Positions 41,625-54,991 are shown, numbered from the stretch's first letter. The stretch: 64,000 bases of DNA from the human T2T-CHM13v2.0 reference genome, Homo sapiens (GCF_009914755.1 NC_060928.1), one strand, 5' to 3'. Numbers and translations are program-made. Notes: a model not told the origin generated them from the letters alone.

Positions 41625-41742
41625 TGATGAGTTAGTGGGTGCAGCGCACCAGCATGGCACATGTATACATATGTAACTAACCTGCACATTGTGCACATGT
41701 ACCCTAAAACTTAAAGTATAATAATAATAAATTTAAAAAAAA
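41625..41742 (+). mobile_element. Young, extremely 5'-truncated L1PA2/3-type insertion
   Basis: GAGTTAGTGGGTGCAGCGCACCAGCATGGCACATGTATACATATGTAACTAACCTGCACATTGTGCACATGTACCCTAAAACTTAAAGTATAAT + tail; TSD AATTAGGCA. Confidence 0.93.
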
Positions 41743-42445
41743 AATTAGGCAAAGGATTCAGTAAAAACAGAAAATCTTAATAACACTATCAAACAATTTG
41801 AATAAATTGATACTTACAATACATGCTACCCCAAAACTCTAGAGACATGTTATTTCCAAGTTTAGGTGGCCCATTCATAAAAAGAGGGCATACTTAGATT
41901 ATTAAATAAGTCTAAACATATTTAAAAGATTGTAATAATGCAGGATATCCAGTGTATTCTCTGCAAATAATAAAATTAAATATAAATCAAGATCAATAAC
42001 ATATATAAAAAGACAAATATTTGGAATTTTTACATTTCAAAATCATGAAGAAAATTAGAGAATATTTTTATCAAATGGTGAATAAAATTTAATATATCAA
42101 TATTTGTATGATTTAAGATGTGACATGTTAGAAAATAAGAAGTCGGTCGAAGATTGTTATCTCAGTCTCAAGAATTTTTAAAAGTACAGTGACAAAGAGG
42201 GATTAAAATAGACACAAAATAAAAATAAAAATAATAATTTGTATTACTAGAAAAAAATAAATGAAAATAGAAAATAGTCAAGCAATAGAGAAAATCAACA
42301 ATGGAAAAATCTGGTTTTAAAAAATCAAGAAAATTGATAAAGCTGTTGCTTTATCGATAAATATAAGAAGGAATCACAATCACAAATATGAGGAATGATG
42401 ACTAAATATCTTAAAAACTAAATGGATAAAGTAATGTTAAAATGG

Positions 42446-44701
42446 TGTATTAGTCCATTCTCACACTGCTATAAACTGCCTGAGACTGGGTAATTTATAA
42501 AGGAAAGAGGTTTAATTGACTCAAAGATCCACAGGGCTGGGGAGGCCTCAGGAAACTTACAATCATCATGGAAGGGAAAGCAAACACAACCTTCTTCACT
42601 TGATGGCAGGAAGGAGAGGAATGAGAGCTGAGTGAAGGAGAAAGCTCCTCATAAAAATATCAGATATCTTGAGAACTTACTCGCTATCATTAGACTAGCA
42701 TTGGGGACACCACTGCCATGATTCAATGATCTCCCACTGGGTCTCTCCCACCACATGTGAGCTACAATTTAAGAAGAGATTTGGGTGGGGACATAGCCAA
42801 ACCACTTCATTCCACCCCAGCCCCTCCCAAATCTCATGTCCTCACATTTTAAAACACAATCATGCCCTTCCAATGGCCCCCCAAAGTCTTAACTTATTCC
42901 AGCATTAACTCAAATGTCTAAATCCAAAGTCTCATCTGAGACAAAGCTTGTCCCTTCTGAGCCTGTAGAATCAAAAGCAAGTTAATTACTTCCTAGAAAC
43001 AATGGGGTACAGGCATTGAGTAAATAGACCCATTCCAAATGGAGAAATTGGCCAAACCAAAGGGGCTATAGGCCCCATGCAAGTCTGAAATCCAATAGGG
43101 CAGTCATCAAACTTTAAAGTTCCAAAACGATTTCTTATGACTCCATGTCTCACATTTATGTTATGCTAATGCAAGAGCTGGGCTCCCAAGGCCTTGGGCA
43201 GCTCCACCCCTGTGGCTTTGCAGGATACAGCCCCCTTCCTAGCTGGTTTCATGGCTGGCATTGAGTGCCATGGCTTTTCCAGGTGCACAGTGCAAGCAGT
43301 CAGTGGATCTACCACTCTGGGGTCTGGGGGATGGTGGCCATCTCCGCACAGCTCCACTAGGGAATGCCACAGTGGGGACTCTGTGTGGGAGCACCAACCC
43401 CACATTTCCCTTCTGCACTGCCCTAGCAGAGGTTCTCCATGAGGGCTTCGCTCCTGCAGCAAAGTTCTGCTTGGACATCCAAGCATACCCATACACCCTC
43501 TAAAATCTAAGTGAGGGTTCCCCAACCTGAATTATTGACTTCTGTGCACACACAGGTCCAACACCACATGTAAGCCACCAAGGCTTGGGGCTAACATCCT
43601 CTGAAGCAATGGCCTGAGCTGAACGTTGGCCCCTTTTAGCCACGGCTGGAGCTGAAGCAGCTGGGACTCAGGACACCAAGTCCCAAGGCCGCCCACACAA
43701 GGGGAGCCCTGAGCCCGGCCCATGAGACATTTTTCTTCCTAGGCCTCTGGGCCTATGATGGGACAGGCTGCCGTGAAGTTCTCTGACATGCCCTGGAGAC
43801 ATTTTTCTCATTGTCTTGGTCATCCTTGTTACTTATGAAAATTTCTGCATCCTGCTTGAATTTCTCCCCAGAAAATGGGTTTTTGCTTTTGCTATTGCAT
43901 TGTCAGTCTGCAAATTTTCCAAACTTTTATACTCTGTTTTCTCTTCAATGCTTTGCTGCTTAGAAATTCCTTCTACCAGATTTTCTATATTATGTCTCTC
44001 AAGTTCAAAGTTTCACAGATCTCTAGGGCAGATGCAAAATGCCACCAGTCTCTTTGCATAGCAAGAGTCACCTTTACTCTAGTTCCGAAAAAGTTTCCCA
44101 TCTCCATCAGAGACCACCTCAGCCTGGACTTCATTATCCATAACACTATCAGCATTTTGTTCAAAGTCACTCAACAAGTCTCTAGGAAGTTCCCAAAGTT
44201 CCTATATCTTCTTATCTTTTTCTGAGCCATCCAAACTGTTCCAACTTCTGCCTGTTACCCAGTTCCAAAGTTGCTTCCACATTTTCAGGTGTCCTTATAG
44301 CAGTACCACACTCTCTGGGGTACCAATATACTGTATTAGTCCATTCTCATGCTGCTATAAAGAACTGCCTGAGACTGGGTAATTTATTAAAGGAAAGAGA
44401 TTTAATTGACTCACAGTTCTGCAGGGCTGGGAAGGTCTCAGGAAACTTACAATCATGGCAGAAGGGGAAGCAAATACGTCCTTCACATGTTGACAGGAAG
44501 GAGAATAATGAGAACCAAGCGAAGGAGGAGGCTCCTTATAAAATTATCAGATCTTGTGAAAACTTACTATCATGAGAATAGCATGGGGGAAACCAACCCC
44601 ATGATTCAATTACCTCCCACTGGTCCCTCCCACCACATGTGGGGATTATGGGAACTGCAGCTCAAGATGAGATTTTGGTGGGACACAACCAAATCATATC
44701 A
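42446..44701 (-). mobile_element. Complete THE1D-like MaLR (5'LTR 44332-44701, internal 42810-44331, 3'LTR 42446-42809)
   Basis: Two homologous LTRs starting TGTATTAGTCCATTCTCA on the + strand, THE1-int between them, perfect 5-bp TSD AATGG. Confidence 0.94.
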
Positions 44702-44827
44702 AATGGCAAAAAATATATATATTTTTAAAACGCAGTATATCCAGTGTGTTTTCTGGAAATAATGGAACTAAATACAAATCAGTACAATAGTAACTGTTGA
44801 TAAGGATGAGAGCAACTAGAATATCCA

Positions 44828-45603
44828 TGGTGATCTGGGCCGAGCTGTGTCTTTACAATACTCATATATTTAGTTCTATCCCCCAGTATTTTAGAGTGAC
44901 ACTGTATATGGAAATAGGCTTTTAAAGAGAAAAATAAAGTATAATCAGGTCATTTAGGTGGGCCCTAATCAAACATGATCTATGTCCTAATAAAAAGATG
45001 AGATTAGCACCCAGACAACACACAATTTTACCAAGTGACAGCCATGTGAGGACATAGTGAGAGGAAAGCAAGGCATGGACAGAAGCCTCCAAAGGAAACC
45101 AAATCTGCTCACAACTCATCTAACCTCCAGGATTGTGAGGAAATACATTTCTGTTGTTTAAGCTATCCAGTCTGTAGTATTTTGTTATGGCAACCTGATA
45201 TGGTTTGGCTCTGTGTCCCTACACAAATTTCATGTTGAATTGTAATTCCCAATTTGAGGGAGGAACATGGTAGGAGGTGATTGAGTCATGTGGGTGGATT
45301 TTCCCCTTGGTGTTCTTGTAATAGTGAGTGTGTTCTCATGAGATCCGGTTGTTTGAAAGTGTGTAGCACTTCCTCCTTTGCCGTCTCTCTCTCTCCTGCT
45401 CTGCCATGGTAAGTTGTGTTTGCTTTCCCCTCACCTTGAGCCATGATTGCACGTTTCCTGAGGCTTCCCCAGCCACGCCTCCTGTACAGCCTACAGAACT
45501 GTGCATCAATTAAACCTCTTTACTTCATAAATGACCCAGCCTCAGGTAGCTCTTTGTAGCAGTGTGAGAATGAACTAATACACAGCTCTAACAAACTAAC
45601 ACA
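44828..45603 (+). mobile_element. MLT1A/B LTR split near its 3' end by MSTA
   Basis: GGTGGGCCCTAATC, ATTTCTGTTGTTTAAGC..TATTTTGTTATGGCAACC | CAGCTCTAACAAACTAACACA. Confidence 0.82.
45196..45582 (+). mobile_element. MSTA MaLR solo LTR
   Basis: TGATATGGTTTGGCTCTGTGTCCC ... CCTGTACAGCCTACAGAACTGTG ... GAACTAATACA; degenerate TSD CAACC/CAGCT. Confidence 0.9.
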
Positions 45604-46429
45604 ACAAAGATAAAAAAAAATGTACAGCCACTTTGAAAAACTCTGACAATTTATTTGTGAGAGTAATCAGTTCCTATTGGGGCCCAGCTATTCTACTCAC
45701 AGGTTTTACCAAGAACAATAAAATACCTACTCAGAGACTTATATATGAATGTCCACAGCATCTTTATTCAAAATAGTCAAAAATCTTAACAACATAAATT
45801 TCCACCAACAGGTAAATGAAAAAAAATATTTTGGTATATCCATAAAATATATGACTACACAGTGATATAAAGCAATAAGCTACTGATACATGCAATTATA
45901 TGAATGAGTCATAAAATAATTATGATAAGTAAAAGAAGCTGGACATAAAAGACCCAATTACTATATGATTCTATTCATATTAAATACAAACTAATCTATA
46001 ATGACAAAAAACTAGATCAGTGGTTGTCTGGAAATGGAGTTGGGTAGAGGTGAGCCTGCAAAGAGGTAAAAGGAATCTCTAGTGTGTTATGGAAATATTG
46101 TATTTTAACTGTGGTACTGATTTCATTGGTGAGCATAACTATTGAAACTCATTAAACAGATTCCATTTATTGTACTTAAATTATACCTCAATCAATTTAA
46201 TATTAAGGAGGTAATTACAATTATTTAAGTAAGAGATTATGATGGTTTAACCAAAGGGAATTGCTGATGAAGAAACAAGGAAAGATAAATGAAGTAATTT
46301 CAAGGTACAGTTCATAGAACTGACTTAATCAAGATTTTATTTAACAATTCTCCCATCAATATGCAGCTATAAAGTGACTGGCATATATTTCACACTATGC
46401 TGATTTTTCAAAGTTCTGTTATGTATTTT

Positions 46430-46990
46430 CTTTATTCATGCATTAAGTCATTCTTTTATTAAATATATACTAAGTTTACCAGGTGCCAGGCACTATAATA
46501 TACGCTGGGGCTACAAAAGTAATGAACAAATGGCTCTGCTCCCTGCTTCCATGGAGCTTGCATTCCACTGGAGGATGTAAGCATTTATTAAAATTGATAG
46601 AAATAGATATACATTTTCACAGTAGTTAGAACATACAAGACAAATATTTGCCCTGGTTTATAACATTAGGGAAGGCAGCTCTGCAGCAAAAATACTTGAA
46701 CGGAGAGTCCGAAGGTGAGTAGCGTTAAGTAAGCAGAAAGAAAATAACATTCCAGGTAAAGGTAACCCCATGCTGATTGACCCTTTGATAGGAGTATGAA
46801 TGAAGACTTTGAGGTACAGAAAGAATGCCAGTGTAGGGAGATGCACTGTATACCAGCGTGGAATGGTATGCAACTGACACGTAGGTAGGAAAGAGAACAT
46901 GCAAATCTCTATTCTGTTAGCAACAGAAAGCCATCGATATGCTTCAATGTGAGTAAGAAATATAGATCATATTATTATAATTGTCTTTCA
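46430..46990 (-). mobile_element. L2 fragment
   Basis: GTGCCAGGCACT..CTGGGGCTACAA..CCCTGCTTCCATGGAGCTTGCATTC. Confidence 0.75.
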
Positions 46991-47397
46991 AAAGGAATGG
47001 GAAGGGATTCAATATATGTAAACTAGATAAGAGATAACTGCACTTTCTTTACTATGGCCAAAGGTTGCTCATCATTCTAATCTCATCACCTAGCATGCTC
47101 TACTCAATGAACTTTACTGATTTTTTTCCTTCATACGTACTAAGGATATTCACATACCAAATCTTTCTACTGGCTCTTCTTTCTGTCCGGAATTATTTTG
47201 TAATAATGAATTCCTATAATTCATGTCTCAACTGACACCCTCTGAGTATAAAAAGTTTTGTCCCATAAATTTGAAAACAACTGATTCAGAATAATTTGGC
47301 TTGCAACTGGAGGTTGGAGAACATTAACTGGAGGAGAATTATGGATTGAAGAAAAGATTTATTTTCATTTTGGTTTTGTTTTCAGTAGAAGCAACTA

Positions 47398-47545
47398 GGC
47401 TGGACATGGTGGCTTATACCTGTAATCCCAATACTTTGGGAGGCTAAGGCAGGAGGATTGCTTGAGCCCGGGAGTTTGAGACCAGCCTAGACCAATATAA
47501 TGAAACTCTGTCTTCATTTAAAAATAATAGTAATAATAATAATAA
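47398..47545 (+). mobile_element. FLAM-C/AluJ left monomer
   Basis: Single monomer with GGATTGCTTGAGCCCGGGAG and a (TAA)n tail. Confidence 0.88.
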
Positions 47546-50158
47546 TCAAAATAACTAGAGCATATGCTCATGTCTGTGGTTATTTGCAATTTTCCCCATG
47601 TGTTTAATATAGTTATAATTTTATTCATCATTCAAATCTTTAATCATTTTTACCTTAAAGTATCAGATAGAGATCTAGTGTTTATTTTGCTGATGCTATG
47701 CTTTCCCCATTCTATTTTTATGATACGTTTCCATATATAATTCTGTTTGTATGTGTAATTTCTAGTCTGTTTAACTGCTCCCTGTGTTTACTGATTAAAC
47801 ATCCTCATACTTAATTATGTAATTTCAATATCTGAGAAGGCACATCCCTATACATTTCTCTTTCTCTCTTTGTCTCTACTTAAATTTCTCTGAAGTTTTC
47901 CCTTGTCTATTATTCCTTAAGAAAATAGTAAAACAGAATTGTCTGATTCAAATGATCTTTGTTGTTATTTTTATTACTAACAATGTTAAATGCATAGATC
48001 AAGAAGTGGAAGACTGATATATTATGAAGATGGTTGACTAGACACAGTCAGGCAGAGGCACATCTCCCACCAAGAGGAGCAAAAATATTGACTAAACCAT
48101 CACATTTCAAACATATATTTTGAGATAGAACACTAAAAGTCAATAGAGAGGCCACAGAGATGTTATGTCTGAAGAGGAGGGAAGTTGGGAAACCTCCACA
48201 AGTTGCTGAGCACCAGAACCAGCTCCTGACCCTGAACAGGTCCTAAAGAAAGGGTGACTGAAGGAACTCCAGGAAACCACACTGCTGCTGTGGGCCTCTG
48301 GGGTGCTGGATACAAGAGGTCCCATGACCCCCATGGACATTTAAATTGGCAGGGAAGAACTGCCTGGAGGTCAAATAGAGGCAGAGCTTGAACCTACATG
48401 GAGCCCAGTGGGTTTTGCAATACATGGTACAACAGGAGCTAAACACAACCATAGGCACCTATTCCCCAGGGCTCTCCATCTTGCTCTGAGTGATTGTTGT
48501 TCCTGATGATAGCTGGGCTGGGAGAGAGCAGGACTGCCTTTCCCTGGGGACCAGAATCTATGTGCCTCCTTGTCCATTCCAATACTACTGGCTTCGCCAC
48601 TCACACAGGAGAGTGCCCACAGCTCAGCCTCCATTTTTCTACCTGAGTGTTTTTCTGGTGGCCTCTGAGTAGTTTGGTGACCCAGCACAGCCAGAAATCA
48701 ACCCCAAGGGGCCAGAGGACAAAACCATGGTTCTGGTTCCAGCCCTATAGTATTCAAGCACACAACCCAGGGATGTCAAGCCAAGATCAGTGGCCTGAGC
48801 TCGAGTGGAGGAGAAGCCCCTAATCTCAGAGCATTTAGAAGAGTGTGGCAGGGGTTCCTCTGACAGCATGGATCTGGACATGCCTCCTTCCACAAGATCA
48901 GTCTGGGAAGGGTGTGGCCTAATAACTAACCACAGCTTCTTCCTCAGGGAGCCCCATGGCTTGGAAACTCAGGAACAGCCCAGCGATCTGTGTACAGAAG
49001 TTTTGGGAAAAGCCTACCTGATCAAGCCTGCTTTTCGGGCAGATGCCAGCGGGAGAACTGCTGGGCTGGGAGAGCATGAGCTAGGAATACTCCACAGCCA
49101 ACTGTCAGGCAAAAAACCCCAGGCTGCAGGCACCACACCAGCTGCGTACCTACTGTATTATCATCCTGTTTGGGGATTTTTCACCCTTGACCCATTGCAT
49201 CTCCAGACCACCCACAGACATACCCCACAACCTGCTCTGACACTGCCAAGCTCAGAGGACGAGTGGGTGCTCCAGGGAGTTGCAGATCTTCTGGTGACCT
49301 AATCTTTGGCTCAGTTACTCCTAAGGGAGGGGGAGAGTGCAGCCTACCAAAACCCCCTTTGCACCTAATGAAATGTGGGCACAGTGCCAAAAATTGAAGG
49401 TAGCTCCACCAAGGCCTAGGAATGGAATTGGTAAAGGTTCATCTCTCTTCCCCCGCATCCCTTTTCTTAAGAGTACTGCTTCATATGCCATGAAATACAA
49501 AAGAGGCATGGGGCCAAGCAAAAGCCTATTTGCCAGCACTTACTCTTGACTGTTTGTATTGGTTCCTCAGTTTCAGACCTCTGAAGATACCCAGAAATCA
49601 AGCCAATTGACTACACTTTACATACACCACAGTCAAAAACACTCAAAGGAAAAAAAATATAAAAACAAAAAGCCCCATTTAAAGGACAATAATTACAAAA
49701 AGAAAAAGAAACTCAGTCCCCTCAGATAAGAAGGAATCAGCCCAAGAACTCCAGAAATTTGAAAACTCAGTGTTTTCTTACCTCCAAAGGATTGCACTAG
49801 GTTTCAAGTAATGGATCCTAACCATATTGAAATGTTTGAAATGATAGACATAGAATTCAGAATCTGGATGGCAAGGAAGCACAGTAAGATTCATGAGAAA
49901 GCTGAAACCCAATCCATGGAAGCCAGAACAATTACCCAAATAGGAAAGCCAACATAGCCACATTATGAAAGAACTAAACTGAACTTAAGCAATTAAAAAA
50001 TTCACTACAGGAATTTCAAAATATAAATGGAAGTCTTAACAACAGACTAGACCAAGATGAGGAAATAATTTCAAAGCCAGAAGACTAGTCCTTTCAATCA
50101 ACCCTGTCAGACAAAAAAAAAAAAAAGAAAAAGAAAAAATAACTTTAAAAAATGAACA

Positions 50159-50284
50159 GGCTGTGTGTGCTCACTCGAGCCTGTAATTCCAGTACTCTGG
50201 GAGGCTGATGTAGGTGAATTGCTTGAGCCCAGGAGTTCCAGACCAGCCTGAACAACATATTGAAAACCCATCTCCACCAAAAAA

Positions 50285-50315
<31 letters not shown>

Positions 50316-50487
50316 CAAATACCAAAAAGATCTGGGTGTGGTGGCATTCGCCTGTAATTACAGCTATTTAGGAGGCTGAAATGGGAGGATTGCTTGAGCT
50401 TGGGAGGTGGTGGTTGTAGTGAACTGAGATTGTACCATTGCACTCCAGCCTGGGCAACAGAGTGAGACACTGTCTCAAAAAAAAATA
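50159..50487 (+). mobile_element. AluJ in L1 ORF1 with an expanded A/(AC)n linker
   Basis: J-type diagnostics; TSD AAATGAACA. Confidence 0.92.
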
Positions 50488-51182
50488 AATGAACAAAGCT
50501 TCTGATAAATATGGGAGCATGTAAAAAGAACAAATCTGTGACTTAGTGGCATTCTAAGCAATAAGAAGAGAGAGTAACCAACTTGAAAAACATATTTGAG
50601 GATAAAATCCATCAAAAGTTCTTGTCTTGCTACAGAGATTGACACACAATTCAAGAAATTCAGAGAACCCCAGGGAGATACTATATAAGATGACCATCCC
50701 CAAGACACGTCATCAGACTTTCCAAGGTGGATGTGAAAGAAAAAGTTTTAAAGGTAGCTAGAGAAAAGGGTCATATCACTTACTAAGGGAACCCCATCAG
50801 GCTTCACCCTGTGTTGAGAAAGTGGACTTAACCTTACATATCAATATTAACCTTGAATGTAAATGGTTTCAATGTCCCACTTAAATGTACAGAGTGGCAA
50901 ATTGAATTAAAAACAAGACCTAACCTTCTTTTGTCTTCAAGAGACCCATCTCATGTGTAATGACACCTATATACTCAAAGTAAAGGCAAGGAAGAAGATC
51001 TCATATGCAAATGAACACCAAAAAAGAGCAGGGGTCACTATTCTTATATCACATAAGAAATCTTATCAGATAACAAACATTTTAGAAATTAAAAGAGACC
51101 TGAAACCAACAACAGTAAAAAAGGACAAAGGTCATTACATAATGACAAATGGTGCCACTCAATGAGAAGACAACTATCCTAA

Positions 51183-51282
51183 ATATATATATGTATGTGT
51201 ATATATATATATGTGTGTATATACATATATACATATACATATGTGTGTGTATATATATATAAAATATATATATACACACACA
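51183..51282. repeat. (TA/TG/CA) microsatellite within L1 ORF2
   Basis: Read directly. Confidence 0.9.
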
Positions 51283-54039
51283 CTCAATATTGGAGCACCT
51301 AGATTCATAAAACAAGTACTTCTAGACCTATGAAAATAATTAAACATCCACATAGTAGTAGTGGGGAACTTTAATACCACACTGAAAACATTAGACAGAT
51401 CATCAAGGCAGAACACTAAAAAATTTTTTTTGAATCTAAATTTGACACTTGAAAAATTGGAACTAATAGATATCTACAGAATATTCCACCCAACATCCAC
51501 AGAATACACCTTCTTATCATCTGCACATGGACTCCACTCTATGTTCAACCCCATGCTCAGCCATAAAGCAAGCCTCAATAAATTTTAAAGAAAATTGAAA
51601 TCATACTAACCATATTCCTCAACCATAGCAGAATAAAAATAGAAATCAACCAAGAGTTACTTGAAAACCACACAATTACATGAAAACTAAACTACTTGCT
51701 CCTGAATGACTTTTGGACTTTTGGGTAAACAATGAAATTAAGGCAGAAATACAAAAGTTATTTGAAATAGATGAAAACAGATACAACTTCCCAAAATCTC
51801 TGAGATGCAGCAAAAGTATTCTTAAGAGGAAAGTTTATGGTGCTAAACACCTACTCAAAAAGATAGAAAGATCTCAAATGAACAACCTAAAGTTAGTTAC
51901 ATTTAGAGGAACTAGAAAAACAAAGCAAACTAACCCCAAAACTAACAGAAGAAAAGAAATAACTAAAATCAGCACAGAACTAAACAAATTGAGACATGAA
52001 AATTCATACAAAGGACAAGCAAAATGAAAAGTTGCTTATTTAAGAGAATAAACAAAATCTATGGACCACTGGGTAGACTATCAAAAAGGACAGAAGATCC
52101 AAATGAGCACAATCAGAAATGACAACAGTGACATTGCAAGTGATTCCACAGAAACAAAAAACACCATCAGAGACTACCACGAACACCTTTATGCATACAA
52201 ACTAGAAAATCTAGAGGAAATAGACACATTCCTGGAAACATACAACCTCCCAAGAAAATCAGGAAGAAACTGAAGCCCTGAAAAGACCAATAATGAGTCT
52301 CAAAATTAAGTAAGTGGTTAAGAAAAAAAACCTATCAACTAAAAAAAGTTCTGGACCACATGGATTCACAGCCAAATTCTACCAGTCATACAGAGAAAGC
52401 TGTTACCAACCCTACCGAAACTATTCCAAAAATTCAAGGAGGGATTCTTCCTTAACTCATTCCACAAAGCCAGCATCATCCTGATACCAAAGTCTGGCAA
52501 AGACACAAGTAAAACAGAAAACTGCAGGCCAATATATTTGATAAACATAGAGATAAAAATCCTCAAAAAAAAAAAACAAAACCACTAGCAAGTGGAATCT
52601 AGCAGCACATCAAAAAGTTAATTCACTACACTTACATAGGCTTTATTCCTGGAATGCAAGGTTGGTTCAACATATGCAAATCACTAACTGTGATTCACTA
52701 CATAAATAGAATTAAACATAAAAGCCTTATGATCATCTCGATAGATGCAGAAAAGGCTTTTCATAAGATTCAACATTACTTCATGATAAAAACCCTCGAC
52801 AAACTAGGCATCAAAGGAACATACCTCCAAGTAATAAGAGCCATCTATGACAAACGCACAGCCAACATCATATTGAACAGGCAAAGACTTGGAAACATTC
52901 CTCTTAAGAATTGGAAGAAGGCAAAAATGCCCTTTCACCACTCCTATTTAACATAGTACAGGAAGTCCTGGCCAGGACAATCAGACAAGATAAAGAAAAA
53001 GGCATTCAATAGGAAAAGAAGAAGTCAAACTATTTCTCTTCACTGATGCTATGATTCCATACCTAAGAGACCTTAAATACTCTGCCGAAAGAATCCTAAG
53101 CTTGGTAATCAACTTCAGTAAATTTTCAGGATACAAGACCAGTGTGCAAAAATCAGTAATATTTCTATACACAAATAACATTGAAACTATGAGCCAAATC
53201 AAGAATGCAATCTTATTTACAATAATCACACACACAAAATAAAATGCCTAGGAATATATCTAACAGAGGAGGTGAAAGACCTCTGCAAGAAGCACTACAA
53301 AACACTGCTGAAAGAAATTACAGATGAAATAAATAAATGACGGAACATCCTATGCTCATAAACTGGAAAGAATCAATATTGCAATGGCCATACTGTCCAA
53401 AGTAATCTACAGATTCAGTGTCACTTCTATCTAATTATTGATGCCATTTTTCACAGTTAGAAATATTCTAAAATTCATATGGTACTAAAAATAGCCTTTA
53501 TAGCCATATATTTAGATGAAATATTTCAGAAAATACTGGCTAAAATGGTAGTCATTTTGAGGGAATCTACAAAGCTGAGGGGCCGGGTTTTAAAATAGGT
53601 TATTTTTCACTGTGTAGCTGTTTGTGATCATAGAGATCTTTATAGTGAGCATACATAATCTATTCAAAAATATTGATTGAAATGAACAATACATTATGTG
53701 ATATATTGAAAAAAAATCTGCAAATGGAATTAGGGTAAATTATGCTGAAAACCAAGTGTAAAACGGCAATAAACTTGCCCTTGCCTGTCATTCTGTAGCA
53801 CCCTTTAATCTGCTGGTGAGTAGTCTTTGTAATGAGTAACATTTTCCTCTAACATGTTTATTTATTTCAAATTAAATCAACTACTAGATGCCTTTGCCTT
53901 GTGTTCTTTACAGCCTGTGGTTAGCATGTAATTATATAATTAGAAAAGTATGTGTGCTTTTTTGTTGTCTTATTTTCTATGTAGGATTTTTGTAATTGTA
54001 TTCTTCACCTTATTTTGCTTTATTAAACACTTCCTGGAC

Positions 54040-54220
54040 AGGATACATATGACTGCCCTTCCTAGTTATGTGACACTGGCCAAGTCTTAAATTTTCTTAA
54101 CTGGAATATATACATAACAGTTTCTAACTCATTGGATTATTGGGAATGATTAAAGTGAAAACATATACAAAAGTTTAGCATAGTGTTAACCTATACTAAG
54201 TCACCAATGCATTTTAACAA
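54040..54220 (+). mobile_element. MIR fragment
   Basis: CTAGTTATGTGACACTGGCCAAGTCTTAA ... TTTAGCATAGTG. Confidence 0.6.
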
Positions 54221-54351
54221 TTGATTCCTGTGAAAAGACTTTTTATCTTCCACATAAAATGAATTAATCTATTTATCAGTGGCATTAATGATAATTGTCT
54301 TAGCTTTGAGAATACTATATACACAGAAATGGAAATCATGACTTTGCTAAT

Positions 54352-54733
54352 TGTCTTAGCCCACTGGGTTGCTTATAACAAAATCCATAAAATGGATAGC
54401 TTAAAAAAAAAAAAAAGAAATTTCTCACAGCTCTCAAGACTGGGAAGTCCAAGATGGAGGTGTCAAGCAAATTCAGTGTCTGAGGATGGCCCACATGCTT
54501 CATAGATAAGCATTTCATTACTGCAATCTTACATGGCAGAAGTGGTGAATGAACTCACTTCTTATAAAATGAATGCCTTCATTCTATAAGGCATTACACT
54601 AATCCCATTCATGCAGGCAGAATTATCATGACCTAATAACCTCCCAAAAGGCCCCACTTCCTCATACTATCACCTGCAGGTTAGGATTTCAACATATGAA
54701 TTTCTGGGGGACACAAACATTCAGATCATAGCA
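54352..54733 (-). mobile_element. MLT1A/MSTD-like MaLR LTR
   Basis: TGTCTTAG ... GGGAAGTCCAAGAT ... GGGGGACACAAACATTCAGATCATAGCA; TSD CTAAT/CTAAC. Confidence 0.87.
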
Positions 54734-54991
54734 CTAACCATTTTGTATTGCTCCTCCTTTGGATAAAATTTTGCCTTTACATGTAAAGTACCTTCTTATT
54801 TTATTCTGATAACTCATAGGACCTGCAAGTGTGCATAAATCTAGGTTAACATAAAAATTTTCACAGTATGCTTGAACTAAAAAAAGAAGAAAAATGATGA
54901 CATAGGATCTTGAAATTCACTGTCAGTATGATGAGTCACCTTCAGGTTATTCTTACTCAGTTGATGCCCATCTCTTATCCAATCTCTCTCG

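Larger units (their letters stand above)
39560..46200 (+). mobile_element. Ancient L1 (L1ME-like), internally deleted, interrupted by L1PA, THE1D, MLT1 and MSTA
   Basis: A-rich ORF1/ORF2-like sequence 39.8-42.4 kb (AGAAGGCTGGGGTGGCTATTTTAATATCA); L1ME-type 3' end 45604-46200 (CTACTGATACATGCAA..TGAATGAGTC). Confidence 0.7.
48024..53507 (+). mobile_element. L1PB/L1P4-type LINE-1 with intact 5'UTR, ORF1 deletion and missing 3' end
   Basis: GAAGATGGTTGACTAGAC start, GC-richer 5'UTR to ~49550, ORF1 ~49700-50805, ORF2 peptides GNFNTTLKTLDRSSRQ (51361) and [20 protein letters not shown] (52654); stops at ~53507 with no 3'UTR. Confidence 0.9.

Noticed and set aside
43166-44225. Several 60-119 aa ORFs in the THE1 interior
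   Set aside because: Broken pieces of the MaLR internal region; no continuous frame.
48805-49302. Longest ORF in the track (165 aa)
   Set aside because: Lies in the GC-richer L1 5'UTR, starts at GTG and has no recognisable domain; expected by chance.
54292-54360. 13-bp direct repeat TAATTGTCTTAGC near an LTR edge
   Set aside because: Short and AT-rich, overlaps the LTR terminus and is not its TSD; likely chance.
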